From positions 99,811,011-99,875,010 of the forward strand of contig NC_068983.1 of NCBI RefSeq assembly GCF_001194135.2: DNA of 64,000 nucleotides. The letters are read 5' to 3'. Source of the stretch: Octopus bimaculoides. Lineage: Eukaryota. The notes below the pieces were generated by a model. The model was not told where the DNA came from and did no database searches. It saw nothing but the letters and a program-made list of their open reading frames with translations. A program made the translations under genes and the position numbers. Within the stretch, counting starts at the first letter, position 1; every line of letters begins with the position of its first letter. This document shows positions 11,856 through 24,407 of this stretch, one piece after another.

Positions 11856-12831
11856 TGTATATACACACACGCACCCAAACACACGTATATATATTTATAT
11901 CAATATAAATATATGAAAGTCAATGAAGTTTCGTAAAAGAAGGTGATCATGTACATACTTTCTTGCTGTTGTGATTATAACACCTCATTGTAAACTATGT
12001 TCCTTGTTTTCCCTTGTGGAGCATATACAAATAGGTTTTTTGTTGCTGCCCACTCTTGAGCAGCCAACATACAGTTGTCCATGTGANNNNNNNNNNNNNN
12101 NNNNNNNNNNNNNNNNNNNNNNNNNNNNNNNNNNNNNNNNNNNNNNNNNNNNNNNNNNNNNNNNNNNNNNNNNNNNNNNNNNNNNNNNNNNNNNNNNNNN
12201 NNNNNNNNNNNNNNNNNNNNNNNNNNNNNNNNNNNNNNNNNNNNNNNNNNNNNNNNNNNNNNNNNNNNNNNNNNNNNNNNNNNNNNNNNNNNNNNNNNNN
12301 NNNNNNNNNNNNNNNNNNNNNNNNNNNNNNNNNNNNNNNNNNNNNNNNNNNNNNNNNNNNNNNNNNNNNNNNNNNNNNNNNNNNNNNNNNNNNNNNNNNN
12401 NNNNNNNNNNNNNNNNNNNNNNNNNNNNNNNNNNNNNNNNNNNNNNNNNNNNNNNNNNNNNNNNNNNNNNNNNNNNNNNNNNNNNNNNNNNNNNNNNNNN
12501 NNNNNNNNNNNNNNNNNNNNNNNNNNNNNNNNNNNNNNNNNNNNNNNNNNNNNNNNNNNNNNNNNNNNNNNNNNNNNNNNNNNNNNNNNNNNNNNNNNNN
12601 NNNNNNNNNNNNNNNNNNNNNNNNNNNNNNNNNNNNNNNNNNNNNNNNNNNNNNNNNNNNNNNNNNNNNNNNNNNNNNNNNNNNNNNNNNNNNNNNNNNN
12701 NNNNNNNNNNNNNNNNNNNNNNNNNNNNNNNNNNNNNNNNNNNNNNNNNNNNNNNNNNNNNNNNNNNNNNNNNNNNNNNNNNNNNNNNNNNNNNNNNNNN
12801 NNNNNNNNNNNNNNNNNNNNNNNNNNNNNNN

Positions 12832-13160
12832 GTATCTGTCACTACAGTAGCGAAATGTGATTGTTTCAGTTAGTGGAATAGTTTCATTTTTAAAGTGAAA
12901 GTATTTGACATGAGTGTTTTTGTTTCACTTTTGACACGTAATACTTAAATAGTGGAGGAGATATTATGTTGCCGTGTGCTCGAACTCTGCAAGAAGTTAA
13001 TAATTTTTTTTGACTAAAACACAACTAACACAACTAGAACCCTAAGTAAGGCATGTGTAAAATTTGAATGAAATTGGTTGCGTAGTTCTCGAGTCTTAGG
13101 GATTCACACAGACAGACAGACAGACAGACAGACACACATTCTCATTTTTATATATATAGA
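12832..13160 (-). mobile_element. Non-autonomous Helitron, 5' part (rest in gap or lost)
   Basis: Reverse complement of the 10087 family: 5' TC end at 13160, (CAGA)n, and CCCTAAGTAAGGCATGTGTAAAATTTGAATGAAATTGG. Confidence 0.8.
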
Positions 13161-13240
13161 TGAGGAAAAAAAATATATTATTGTTCTCAATGGTACATAT
13201 TTCTGACCAGTTAATATACTGATCAGAGATATGATAAACT

Positions 13241-13647
13241 CAGGTGTGGCGGCGTGCTAAGAAGTTTTCTTCTTAACCACATGGTTCCAGGCTCAGTCCT
13301 ACTGTGTGACACCTTGGGCAAGTACCTTCTGCTATAACCTCAGACCAATCTTGTGATTGGATGTGATGGAGAGAAACTGAAAGAAACCTGTTGTATGTAT
13401 GTGTGTTTGTGTGTGTGTGTGCTTTTGTGTATGTGTTTGCCCAACCCCCACTCATGCTTGACAATTGGTTTTGGTTTGTGAATGTCTCTGTAATTTAGCA
13501 GTTTGGCAAAAGAAACTAATAGAATAAGGTTCAGACTTATTAAAAAAATAATAAATACTGGGGGCAATTTGTTTAACTAAAACGCTTGAAGCTGGTGCTC
13601 CAGCATGGCCACAGTCCAGTGACTGAAACAAATAAAAGATAAAAGAA
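13241..13647 (+). mobile_element. tRNA-derived SINE family B, full length
   Basis: tRNA-like head, ACCTTGGGCAAGT core, central (TG)n, and 3' end GACTGAAACAAATAAAAGATAAAAGA. Confidence 0.8.
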
Positions 13648-14365
13648 ACTCTAATTTATCCCGATTTACCACTGGTCTAATAAAGGGTTTTAAATATCTA
13701 AGAGCATTAAAAAATGCTTTCATTTCAGACTTTAGTTGTTCATAAATTCTTAATGAGATTGCTTTTAAATTGATTATTCTGATAAAATATTTATACACTT
13801 TAAATATTTTTACAACATTTTAAGGTGTTAGTTTTTAATTAAGTAGAAATTTCAGATATTTTTTCTAGTATAAATGTTAGATTGCACTACTTCAATGAAA
13901 AGGGATTGGTTTTTATTCTAGAATTATTTTATAAAAGCTAACAATTTAACTGAAGTGACTTCAACAGACTTAAGAGAAATTAATTTCAACTTACTTGGGA
14001 AATTAATCAATATGAACCATGTCTGAAATCCTTCAAAATATAGGCTAGATTTTTAACTCTTAAAATATTCTTATATCTCTTTTTTAGTATATTTGATATA
14101 TAATGTTATACATTAGATAACTGAAATAATAATTTATATATAAATAATTAGATTCTCAAAAAGCCCCCATCAGTTTAACACCATAACCTGTTCCTTGGGT
14201 GTCTTTAATGAAATACACTCTGTTGCATAATTTGGTTCAGATCTCTGGTCTGAAGATAACTTCCATTCATCAGTTTCAGAGATCCTGAAAAGGTAATAGT
14301 TGCTTCTCTTTCCTCCCTGACTAAGCAATGCAATAAATATATAAGTGCCACTCACATACAAGCAA

Positions 14366-14573
14366 ACTCTTTTACTCTTTTACTTGTTTCAGTCATTTGA
14401 CTGTGGCCATGCTGGAGCACCGCCTTTAGTCGAGCATATCGACCCCGGGACTTATTCTTTGTAAACCTAGTACTTATTCTATCGGTCTCTTTTTGTCGAA
14501 CCGCTAAGTGACGGGGGACATAAACACACCAGTATCGGTTGTCAAGCAATGCTAGGGGGACAAACACAGACAC

Positions 14574-14604
<31 letters not shown>

Positions 14605-14776
14605 CATATATACGACGGGATTCTTTCAGTTTCTGTCTACCAAATCCACTCACAAGGCTTTGATCGGCCCGAGGCTATAGTAGAAGACACTTGCCCAAGA
14701 TGCCACGCAGTGGGACTGAACCCGGAACCATGTGGTCGGTAAGCAAGCTACTTACTACACAGCTACTCCTCCGCCT
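14366..14776 (-). mobile_element. tRNA-derived SINE family B, young full-length copy
   Basis: CpG-rich copy with B box GGTTCAGTCCC, central CA/TA microsatellite and (AAAGAGT)n tail on the minus strand. Confidence 0.9.
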
Positions 14777-15091
14777 GATTAAATTTCTTTTCTAAAAATT
14801 TGTAACCTTGTACCCAAGTAAGAAATGTTTGAAGAAAGTAATAAACAGCCTGAGAGTTGTTGAAATGATGTGCGGTTGATTGATTTACTATCTATTTAAG
14901 AAGTTTTTTTAATCATCTTCTTTTATTCTTTAATCAATAAAAGTATTTAAAAAATAAAATGAATGAGGAATAACTTATGTTCTAAATTCATTATCATAGT
15001 CATCCTCTTGTAAGATTCAATAAAATGTTTATTTAGTTTGAGATGTGCCAAAATTTTAACTATATTTGATATTTAATGTTATACATTAGAT

Positions 15092-15346
15092 CAGGGGTTT
15101 TCAAACTTTTTGACTTGCGGACCCTTTATATTTCAGGCTTTACCTTATGAAATTTATACATAAATATTTGCTTAAAATAACATATATTTTTACATTTATT
15201 TATTTAACAGTATTTAACAAATAGGTTTATTGTCAATTAAAAGATTTCGATTAAAAAACATATATAAAATCAAATTGCCCATAAAAAGTATTTGCTGTCT
15301 ACGGACCCCCTGTCTTGTTCCGCAGACCACAGTTTGAAAACCCCTG
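15092..15346. mobile_element. hAT-type MITE, 255 bp
   Basis: 16 bp TIRs CAGGGGTTTTCAAACT / AGTTTGAAAACCCCTG, with a perfect 8 bp TSD CATTAGAT (15084-15091 and 15347-15354). Confidence 0.92.
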
Positions 15347-15954
15347 CATTAGATGACTGAAATTATAATAATTTATACATAAATAATTAGATATTTTTTC
15401 CCTAAAACTTTAATCTCTTCTCTCTCAACCTCCATAATTGTCTCACTTACACTTAACCCATTATTCAATCATTTGTATCTAGAGCTTCAAATTCTGCAAT
15501 TCTCTCTTGTTTATATTTTTCTCAATGGTAAATAATGAGTGCTGCCCCACTTCTTCATAGTGTTTTTTTTTAATTTAACAATAAAAGTCTTGATTACACT
15601 GTTACCTCATATTTAAAGTATTTTATCTTTTTATTCTGCAGCTCAATGCTCTCTACTCACAGACAATACACAACTAAAATCCTTATACTGAGACTCAAAA
15701 TCCCCGGTGTCATTTAATAACAACTATTTATCTATAAACATAACCAAGAATCTATCTTCAAGGCCAGAAAATACTTCAGCTGTAAACAGTTTTCAGCCTT
15801 CTTTCTAAAAGGCTCATGTTTACCACCCATTAATTATTTACTGTAAGTTGTTATGAAGCTCAGATACTGTAATAGCTGAGCACCTTCTCAAGCATCATCT
15901 GATACCTGAGTGAGGAAGGACACTAACAAAGTTAAAAGCCGTTTATATGTATAT

Positions 15955-16140
15955 TGTTCAAAATTGTACAAAAAACAAGACAGAAACAGTGAGGGAAAAC
16001 AAACAAGATGTATTAGTTTGATGCTCAAGAAAAATGGAAAAGATTTTGATGTTTTGTGCCTATGCTCTTCTACTGAAAAGGAATAAGGAGAGAAAACAGA
16101 TGGAGAGAGGGGAAAAAACAGGAGAGAAAAAAACTTATCT
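15955..16140 (-). repeat. Degenerate copy of the Penelope-terminal-like repeat at 58.7 kb
   Basis: GTGCCTATGCTCTTCTACTGAAAAGGAA is a diverged reverse complement of TTCCTTTCTGTGGAAGAGCGTAGGCTT at 58742. Confidence 0.55.
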
Positions 16141-16177
16141 GGGTTAACGTGTATGCACACACATACACATACACACA

Positions 16178-16215
<38 letters not shown>

Positions 16216-17274
16216 TATTACTGTACAATATTTGGAGGTGGTCCTATTAAAATTCATCTATATTCTATACATCTGTTTATAACAAAGGAGAAAAGCTTAA
16301 AGTGTTTCCATGGCTGAACAGTGAAAGTTTTAGGAAATGTTACACAAGCCTTAATATCTATTAATAATTATTTAACATTAGTTGAAATCAATCATTGGGA
16401 AATGTATAATACCACATAGATGTGATTAAGAATCATTTTTGTGTGTGATGTTTACTAATGAATCATTAATATCTTCTTTTTGCTTAAACACTATTACTTC
16501 ATGCTCATCATGCTGTAGGTCAAGGTACCAAAATATCAGCAATGTATTTTTAGTGCTGTAGTAAAACTTTCACTAGTGGCTTATTAAGTCCAAATGAGTT
16601 CCACATGTCCTTTAACCTCAGAGTTAGAGTTGATGTATGAGGTGGAATGAGATATCATTGTGGTAAGCCCCTCGATTCTGCAGATCTTCATGGAATATAT
16701 TATTTGAATGCAAATTGCATAGGTCACCATATGATTAACCAAGCTTTAGTTAAAGTAAAGATCTCAATTCTAAAGCCAATGGGAATGTACATGGATACTG
16801 AATTCACATTTTGCTCTTAAGTTTGAGGCAAATGGCTTTTATAGAAGGCCCCTGTTTGTGCTTCATTTGTTCCCTTACACATCCTTAATGCTGCTGTGAA
16901 GGTGGGATGACTGCATCCAATTCAGATTTTCAACCTGTGGCGTCTGAAAGTTTTGGGAATGAAGGGCCATTGACAAAAAAGGCTTTTAACTTTGTTGGTG
17001 TCCTCCTTCACTCATGTATCAGATGATGCTTGAGCAGGTGCTCAGCAATTTCAGCACCATAATGACCCTCAGTCACACCATGAGTGTTTTGGGGTGGCTC
17101 AAAAGTTTTTGGAGATGAATACTGATTTTCCTTAGTGTAAAATATAACTGAATGGCATATGCATGTGATTAGACTAGCCTCAGTAAAAGTCCATCATTCC
17201 TGTACAATTTTGATTGCACAGGGATGATGGATTCACATTTTCCTTATTTTCTTGCTGTTTACTTTAGCATATGC

Positions 17275-17590
17275 CCTTGCCTTCGTAGGATTTTTGAGCG
17301 AGATCGTTGCCAGTGCCCCTGGACTGGCTCTTGTGCGGGTGGCACATAAAATACACCATTTTGAGCGTGGCCATTGCCAGTACCGCCTGACTGGCCTTCG
17401 TGCTGGTGGCACATAAAAGCACCCACTACACTCTCTGAGTGGTTGGCGTTAGGAAGGGCATCCATCTGTAGAAACTCTGCCAAATCAGATTGGAGGCTGG
17501 TGTTGCCATCCGGTTTCACCAGACCTCAGTCAAATCGTCCAACCCATGCTAGCATGGAAAGTGGACGTTGAACGATGATGATGATGATGA
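17275..17590 (+). mobile_element. RTE 3' UTR with internal ~60 bp tandem units and (GAT)n tail
   Basis: Two GAGCG..TTGCCAGT..GACTGG..GGTGGCACATAAAA units, followed by the conserved tail ending AACGATGATGATGATGATG. Confidence 0.8.
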
Positions 17591-17910
17591 TTATTGTAAG
17601 TAAATATGTAATGTTAGAAACAAATTCCATATACATGCTTGTTTTTGTTGTTGTTTATTCCAGGTTAGCTCTGACTGAGCAGACCCACTGTCAAAGCCAA
17701 TCCATTCACTTGTATATTAGGGACATTATCCAGTGTATTCTTCCATTTTCAACATGTTGGGTTATAATTTCAGAGAGATTTGACTTCTGCTTGATGCATA
17801 TTAAATGACCTTATGCAGGATCACACTTTTCTGTGTGTGGAGTGGGGTGTGTATGTATGTATATATACATGTATGTGCATATAATACACACACACGTACA
17901 TACATGTACA

Positions 17911-18069
17911 CAACAGGCTTCTTTCAGATTCCAGCAACCAAATCTACTCACAAGGCTTTGATTGGCTTGGGGGTTATAGTAGAAAACACTTCCCCAAGGT
18001 GGCATGCAATGTGACTGAACCCAAAACTACATAAGTAGGAAGTGAATTTTCAACTACACAGCCATGCCT
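17911..18069 (-). mobile_element. SINE family B, head portion
   Basis: AAATCTACTCACAAGGCTTTG...GACTGAACCC on + strand, i.e. the family B head on the minus strand. Confidence 0.75.
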
Positions 18070-18101
18070 AAAAGATATACTTGCTTTATTGCTTACATGG
18101 A

Positions 18102-18482
18102 CAGGCATGACTGTGTGGTAAGAAGCTTACTTCTCAACCACGTGGTTCCAGGTTCAGTCCCATTGTGTGGCACCTTGAGAAAGTGTCTTCTACTCTTGTC
18201 TCAGGCTGACCAAAGACTTGTGAATGGATTTGGTAGGCGGAAACTGAAATATATGTGTGTGTGTGTGTGTATTTATGTATGTGTGCCTTTGTGTTTGTCT
18301 CCCTCTACCACTGGACAACCTATGTTGCTGTGTTTGTCCCCATAATTAGCGGTTCAGCAGAAGAGATCAACGGAATAAGTACCAGGCTTTAAATAAAAGT
18401 TCTGGTGTCAATTTATTCAGCTAAAACCCTTCAAGGCAGTGCCATAGCATGACCGCAGTCTATTAACTGAAACAAGTAAAAT
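18102..18482 (+). mobile_element. SINE family B, full length
   Basis: Head GGTTCCAGGTTCAGTCCC, central (TG)n, and tail CTGAAACAAGTAAAA. Confidence 0.8.
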
Positions 18483-19380
18483 ATATATACACACACACAC
18501 ACATAATTACACACACATAATTACACACACATATATACATATATATACACATGCACATATATCCGTACATACATATATACCCACACACACACATATATAA
18601 ATCAACATTTGTATTTAAATGTACATTAAAAAAAATATTCCAGCAATGAGTGTTCAGTTTTTCAATCAACCAAACCATCAGCTCATTCAGTAAGCATACA
18701 AGATAGCTGAATATTCCATAAACGTGTGTGTTCTTAACATCAGTAAAATTAGTGTGTCACAGTGTGTGTCGAAGTTGGACCTTTGTATTACAGGTACAAT
18801 CACTCAATCTGGCTTTCACACAATTTCTGTCAACCCAGTTTCACTCAAGGCTTGGATCAACCCAAGGTAATGAGTAAAAAGCNNNNNNNNNNNNNNNNNN
18901 NNNNNNNNNNNNNNNNNNNNNNNNNNNNNNNNNNNNNNNNNNNNNNNNNNNNNNNNNNNNNNNNNNNNNNNNNNNNNNNNNNNNNNNNNNNNNNNNNNNN
19001 NNNNNNNNNNNNNNNNNNNNNNNNNNNNNNNNNNNNNNNNNNNNNNNNNNNNNNNNNNNNNNNNNNNNNNNNNNNNNNNNNNNNNNNNNNNNNNNNNNNN
19101 NNNNNNNNNNNNNNNNNNNNNNNNNNNNNNNNNNNNNNNNNNNNNNNNNNNNNNNNNNNNNNNNNNNNNNNNNNNNNNNNNNNNNNNNNNNNNNNNNNNN
19201 NNNNNNNNNNNNNNNNNNNNNNNNNNNNNNNNNNNNNNNNNNNNNNNNNNNNNNNNNNNNNNNNNNNNNNNNNNNNNNNNNNNNNNNNNNNNNNNNNNNN
19301 NNNNNNNNNNNNNNNNNNNNNNNNNNNNNNNNNNNNNNNNNNNNNNNNNNNNNNNNNNNNNNNNNNNNNNNNNNNNNNNN

Positions 19381-19678
19381 GTGGCTGAGCACTCCACAGT
19401 CACGTGTACCCATAACGTAATTCTCGGGGATATTCAGCGTGACACAGTGTGACAAGGCTGACCCTTTGAATTACAGGCACAACAGAAACAGGAAGTAAGA
19501 GTGAGAGAAAGTTGTGGTGAAAGAGTACAGCAGGGTTCGCCACCATCCCCTGCCGGAGCCTCGTGGAGCTTTAGGTGTTTTCGCTCAATAAACACTCACA
19601 ACGCCCGGTCTGGGAATCGAAACCACGATCCTATGACCGTGAGTCCACTGCCCTAACCACTGGGCCATTGCGCCTCCA
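19381..19678 (-). mobile_element. tRNA-derived SINE family A (3' end in gap)
   Basis: Reverse complement of the 38695-39051 copy; head GGAGGCGCAATGGCCCAGTGGTTAGGGCAG...GTTTCGATTCCC. Confidence 0.9.
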
Positions 19679-19976
19679 CGCACACCTGTACTTCACAGCA
19701 ATAATGTTAAGGCTGTTCCCCTGATGAAAAGGATTGGCTTTGCAAGAGTTTTGGGCTGGTGCTATATAAAAGCGCTCATGCAGTGTCACATAAAAGCACC
19801 CCTTTTGGGGTTGATAAAATAAATACCAGTTGAATTCTAGAGTTGATATAACTAACTTTACCCCTGCATACATACATACATACATAAATACATACATATA
19901 TATAAGAAAGAGAGATGACAAAAGAATAAATGATTATCTATCTATCTATATATCTATCTGTCTGTCTGTCTGTATT

Positions 19977-20022
<46 letters not shown>

Positions 20023-20023
<1 letters not shown>

Positions 20024-20170
20024 CAAGGTAGAAAATGCTAAAATAATTTTATAAAAGACATCTTAGTACCGGTTTCGGTTAATAAGACTTTTTCAACTCT
20101 AAGTATGGAAAAGAATTAAATTTTGGGAAAATTAAATGAAAAGTTTTTTAAAAGAATATTTGCATAGTAT
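20023..20170 (-). mobile_element. Truncated copy of the AT-rich MITE at 21000, in opposite orientation
   Basis: CAAGGTAGAAAATGCTAAAATAATTTTAT...TTAGTACCGGTTTC matches the reverse complement of the right half of 21000-21252. Confidence 0.7.
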
Positions 20171-20999
20171 TCAAATACAAGGGGCATTTTCCTTGTTTTG
20201 TTNNNNNNNNNNNNNNNNNNNNNNNNNNNNNNNNNNNNNNNNNNNNNNNNNNNNNNNNNNNNNNNNNNNNNNNNNNNNNNNNNNNNNNNNNNNNNNNNNN
20301 NNNNNNNNNNNNNNNNNNNNNNNNNNNNNNNNNNNNNNNNNNNNNNNNNNNNNNNNNNNNNNNNNNNNNNNNNNNNNNNNNNNNNNNNNNNNNNNNNNNN
20401 NNNNNNNNNNNNNNNNNNNNNNNNNNNNNNNNNNNNNNNNNNNNNNNNNNNNNNNNNNNNNNNNNNNNNNNNNNNNNNNNNNNNNNNNNNNNNNNNNNNN
20501 NNNNNNNNNNNNNNNNNNNNNNNNNNNNNNNNNNNNNNNNNNNNNNNNNNNNNNNNNNNNNNNNNNNNNNNNNNNNNNNNNNNNNNNNNNNNNNNNNNNN
20601 NNNNNNNNNNNNNNNNNNNNNNNNNNNNNNNNNNNNNNNNNNNNNNNNNNNNNNNNNNNNNNNNNNNNNNNNNNNNNNNNNNNNNNNNNNNNNNNNNNNN
20701 NNNNNNNNNNNNNNNNNNNNNNNNNNNNNNNNNNNNNNNNNNNNNNNNNNNNNNNNNNNNNNNNNNNNNNNNNNNNNNNNNNNNNNNNNNNNNNNNNNNN
20801 NNNNNNNNNNNNNNNNNNNNNNNNNNNNNNNNNNNNNNNNNNNNNNNNNNNNNNNNNNNNNNNNNNNNNNNNNNNNNNNNNNNNNNNNNNNNNNNNNNNN
20901 NNNNNNNNNNNNNNNNNNNNTTCCTTGTTTCTGCCTGTTTCCATCTCTCTTGTTTATATATATGTAGAAGGTTGAAAAGTAACACATGAGTCGATATGT

Positions 21000-21252
21000 A
21001 TAAGGAAAATAGGACAAAATAGAAAATGCTAAAATAATATTATCAGGAAGAACATTTTATTACCGGACTGTTCCACGTATTTGGAGACTATGGAAATATT
21101 TTTTTTAAATATTTCATTTAATTTTTCCGCAATTTAATTGTTTTTCATGCTTTACTCTAAGCTGAAAAAATTGCAAAGACTGAAACTGGTACTAAAATGT
21201 TCTTCATGATAAAATTATTTTAGCATTTTCTACCTTGTCCTATTTTCTTTAT
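21000..21252. mobile_element. AT-rich MITE with ~60 bp imperfect TIRs
   Basis: ATAAGGAAAATAGGACAAAATAGAAAATGCTAAAATAA at the left end and TTATTTTAGCATTTTCTACCTTGTCCTATTTTCTTTAT at the right end. Confidence 0.75.
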
Positions 21253-21319
21253 GTGTGTGTGTGTGTGTGTGTGTGTGTATGCGTATGCTTATATTTTTTT
21301 TTATGTGTGTGTATCCACA

Positions 21320-22562
21320 TGGATGATGGCTCACTTCCATTCAATGAGGCTGCAAAGAGAAAGACTTGGAGATGCCACTATGAAAGATTGCTAAATGCAG
21401 AGGATGAATGAGAGAAAGAGAGTCTGCGAAATGTTGACTCAATGGAGGGACCAGCTATCTGAATTGACAGTACCTTGGTAGATAAAGCAATTAAGGGTAT
21501 GAAAACAGGGAAAGTCCCTGGCCCATCAAGAATCACTGTAGAGATGCTTAAAATATCTGGCGGTGTAGGCTATCGTCTAGTCATCCATATAGACAATCAG
21601 ATAATACATGAAGGAGTCATACCCAATGATTGGTGTAGCAGCACCATAGTCAACTGCTACAAAGGTAAAGATAACACATTAGATACAAATACAGAGGTTG
21701 GATCAGGTGGTAATTACAGTTGTTGGATCAGGTGATAAAAGTCATGGAGCAGGTCATAGCCCAACTAATTAGGGAGAGAGTCAGTTTAGACGAGATGCAG
21801 TTTGGTTTTGTGCCAGGGAGAAGCACCACTGATGCTATATTTCTTGTAAGACAGCTGCAGGAGAAATACCTAGCCAAAAATAAACCTCTGCGCTTGGCTT
21901 TTGTTGACATGAAGAAAGCCTTTGACAGGGCCCCCAATCTCTAATCTGGTGGTCAATGAGGAAACAAGGGATAGATGAGAAGTTGGTGAGAGCTGTACAA
22001 GCCATGTACAGGGATGCTGTCTGTTAGGTAAGGGTTGGCAACAAGTATAGGGAAGAATTCCAGGTAGGGGTAGGGGTCCACCAAGGGTCAGTCCTCAGCC
22101 ACCTCTTATTCATCATAGCCCTCCAGGCAATAACAGAAGAATTCAAGACAGGATGCCCCTGGGAGCTCTTCTATGCTGATGACCTTGCTCTAATAGCAAT
22201 TCGCTATCAGAACTAGAGAAGTTTCAGGTGTGGAAGCAAGGTCTAGCAAAAACCAAAGTACCATTCAAGCATGGTCATTGCTAGTGCTGCCTGACTGACT
22301 CCTGTACTGGTGACACATAAAAAGCACCATTTGAGCATAGTCAATGCCAGTACCACTTGATTGGGCCTCTTGCCGGTGGCACTTAAAAAACACCCACTAC
22401 ACTCTTGGAGTGGTTGGCATTAGGAAGGGCATCCAGCTGTAGAAACCATGCCAGATCAGATTGGAGCACGGTGCAGCCTTCTGGCTTGCCAGTCCTCAGT
22501 CAAAACCGTCCAACCCATGTCAGCGTGGAAAGCGGACGTTAAACGATGATGATGATTATGAT
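21320..22562 (+). mobile_element. 5'-truncated, internally deleted RTE LINE (RT plus 3' UTR)
   Basis: ORFs 21475-21735 and 21720-21944 carry RTE RT motifs (PGPS..., QFGFVPGRSTTDAIF, AFVDMKKAFD). FYADDL lies at ~22169-22186. The sequence then jumps to the 3' UTR and (GAT)n tail. Frameshifted. Confidence 0.92.
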
Positions 22563-23329
22563 GATATACATACAGATAGACCTTAGAGAGGTGAGTGATT
22601 GGAAAGGTTGCAAACAGATGAAAGAACTTTGACTAACAAACAACTAACTGATGGTTTAATCAACACATTAAACAAATGATCAATTAGTTAGTTGGTTAGA
22701 TATTTAACTAATTGACCAACAATAAAGAAGTACATATACATACCTGTGTGCACGTACGTATTTATATATATATATCTACTCAGGCACGTTTTATACATAC
22801 ATACATACATAATTATTTACATACATAATTACATACATACATACATACAGACAGACAGCAGACATCATCACACGTTCAGACAAAAATGCCAGAACACAAT
22901 TTTTTTTTTAAAGTTAGGATGACTCATATCACCTATTACTACCTTCGTGATAGCTTTATTGAAATGAGTTTGAGATAGTTTTATGTATAATAAATGTGTC
23001 CAGGTGAACGTAAATGTGGAAGTTGATGATGAACAAAAGTTTGTTTATGAAAAGGTAAATGATTGAAGTGAGTTTTTGAATAGATATGCGCTAGTTACGT
23101 TAGTTCAAGTCTTCTATATCAGGATGTATAAACAGACGGACTGTGGGAATCAACTGAATCATAACTTATTATGTTACGTGATTACATACGGTTAAAACAG
23201 AGTCATGTGACCATTACGGCAGGTCATCACAGATTTCTTTTCCACTTATCTGCTTTGTTTCCTCCTTTTTACTGTTGTTCGTGTCAGCACTTGTTTAGAA
23301 AGTAGAGCAAACATATTCGTTTCTACTTT

Positions 23330-23708
23330 TGGCATAAGGCCCGAAATTTTGGGGGAGGGGCCAGTCGATTAGATCGACTCCAGTACGCAACTGGTACTTA
23401 ATTTATCGATTTCGAAAGGATGAAAGGCAGTCAACCTCGGGGAAATTTGACTCAGAACGTAACGGTAGACGAAATACCGCTAAGCATTGCCCACAAGGGG
23501 CTAAGCATAGAGGGGACGAACAAGGACAGACAAAGGGGTTAAGTCGATTACATCGACTCCAGTGCGTAACTGGTACTTAATTTATCGACCCCGAAAGGAT
23601 GCAAGGCAAAGTTGACCTCGGCGGAATTTGAACTCAGAACGTTACGGCAGACGAAATACCGCTAAGCATTTCGCCCGGCGTGCTAACGTTTTTGCCAGCT
23701 CACCGCCT
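23330..23708 (-). mobile_element. Tandem pair of tRNA-derived SINEs (family C)
   Basis: Two copies of CTGGTACTTAATTTATCGA..CGAAAGGATG.AAGGCA..GT..ACCTCGG.GGAATTTG..CTCAGAACGT..CGG.AGACGAAATACCGCTAAGCATT with different tails. The right copy has a complete head. Confidence 0.85.
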
Positions 23709-24371
23709 TAGTAGAACAAACATATTGAATAAAAAAAATACTGTTATTTGTTTTATTCTTTCCCTTGTTTCAGTCATTGGACTGCAACTATCCTGGGCTA
23801 CTGCCTTGAAGGTTTTAGTCGNNNNNNNNNNNNNNNNNNNNNNNNNNNNNNNNNNNNNNNNNNNNNNNNNNNNNNNNNNNNNNNNNNNNNNNNNNNNNNN
23901 NNNNNNNNNNNNNNNNNNNNNNNNNNNNNNNNNNNNNNNNNNNNNNNNNNNNNNNNNNNNNNNNNNNNNNNNNNNNNNNNNNNNNNNNNNNNNNNNNNNN
24001 NNNNNNNNNNNNNNNNNNNNNNNNNNNNNNNNNNNNNNNNNNNNNNNNNNNNNNNNNNNNNNNNNNNNNNNNNNNNNNNNNNNNNNNNNNNNNNNNNNNN
24101 NNNNNNNNNNNNNNNNNNNNNNNNNNNNNNNNNNNNNNNNNNNNNNNNNNNNNNNNNNNNNNNNNNNNNNNNNNNNNNNNNNNNNNNNNNNNNNNNNNNN
24201 NNNNNNNNNNNNNNNNNNNNNNNNNNNNNNNNNNNNNNNNNNNNNNNNNNNNNNNNNNNNNNNNNNNNNNNNNNNNNNNNNNNNNNNNNNNNNNNNNNNN
24301 NNNNNNNNNNNNNNNNNNNNNNNNNNNNNNNNNNNNNNNNNNNNNNNNNNNNNNNNNNNNNNNNNNNNNNN

Positions 24372-24407
24372 TTAGGGTTAGGGTTTTAGGGTTAGGGTTA
24401 GGGTTAG
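24372..24407 (+). repeat. Short interstitial (TTAGGG)n array at a contig edge
   Basis: TTAGGGTTAGGGTTTTAGGGTTAGGGTTAGGGTTAG directly after an N gap. Confidence 0.85.

Noticed and set aside
24372-24407. True chromosome end
   Set aside because: Only about six units, internal to the scaffold, with unique sequence on both sides of the gap.
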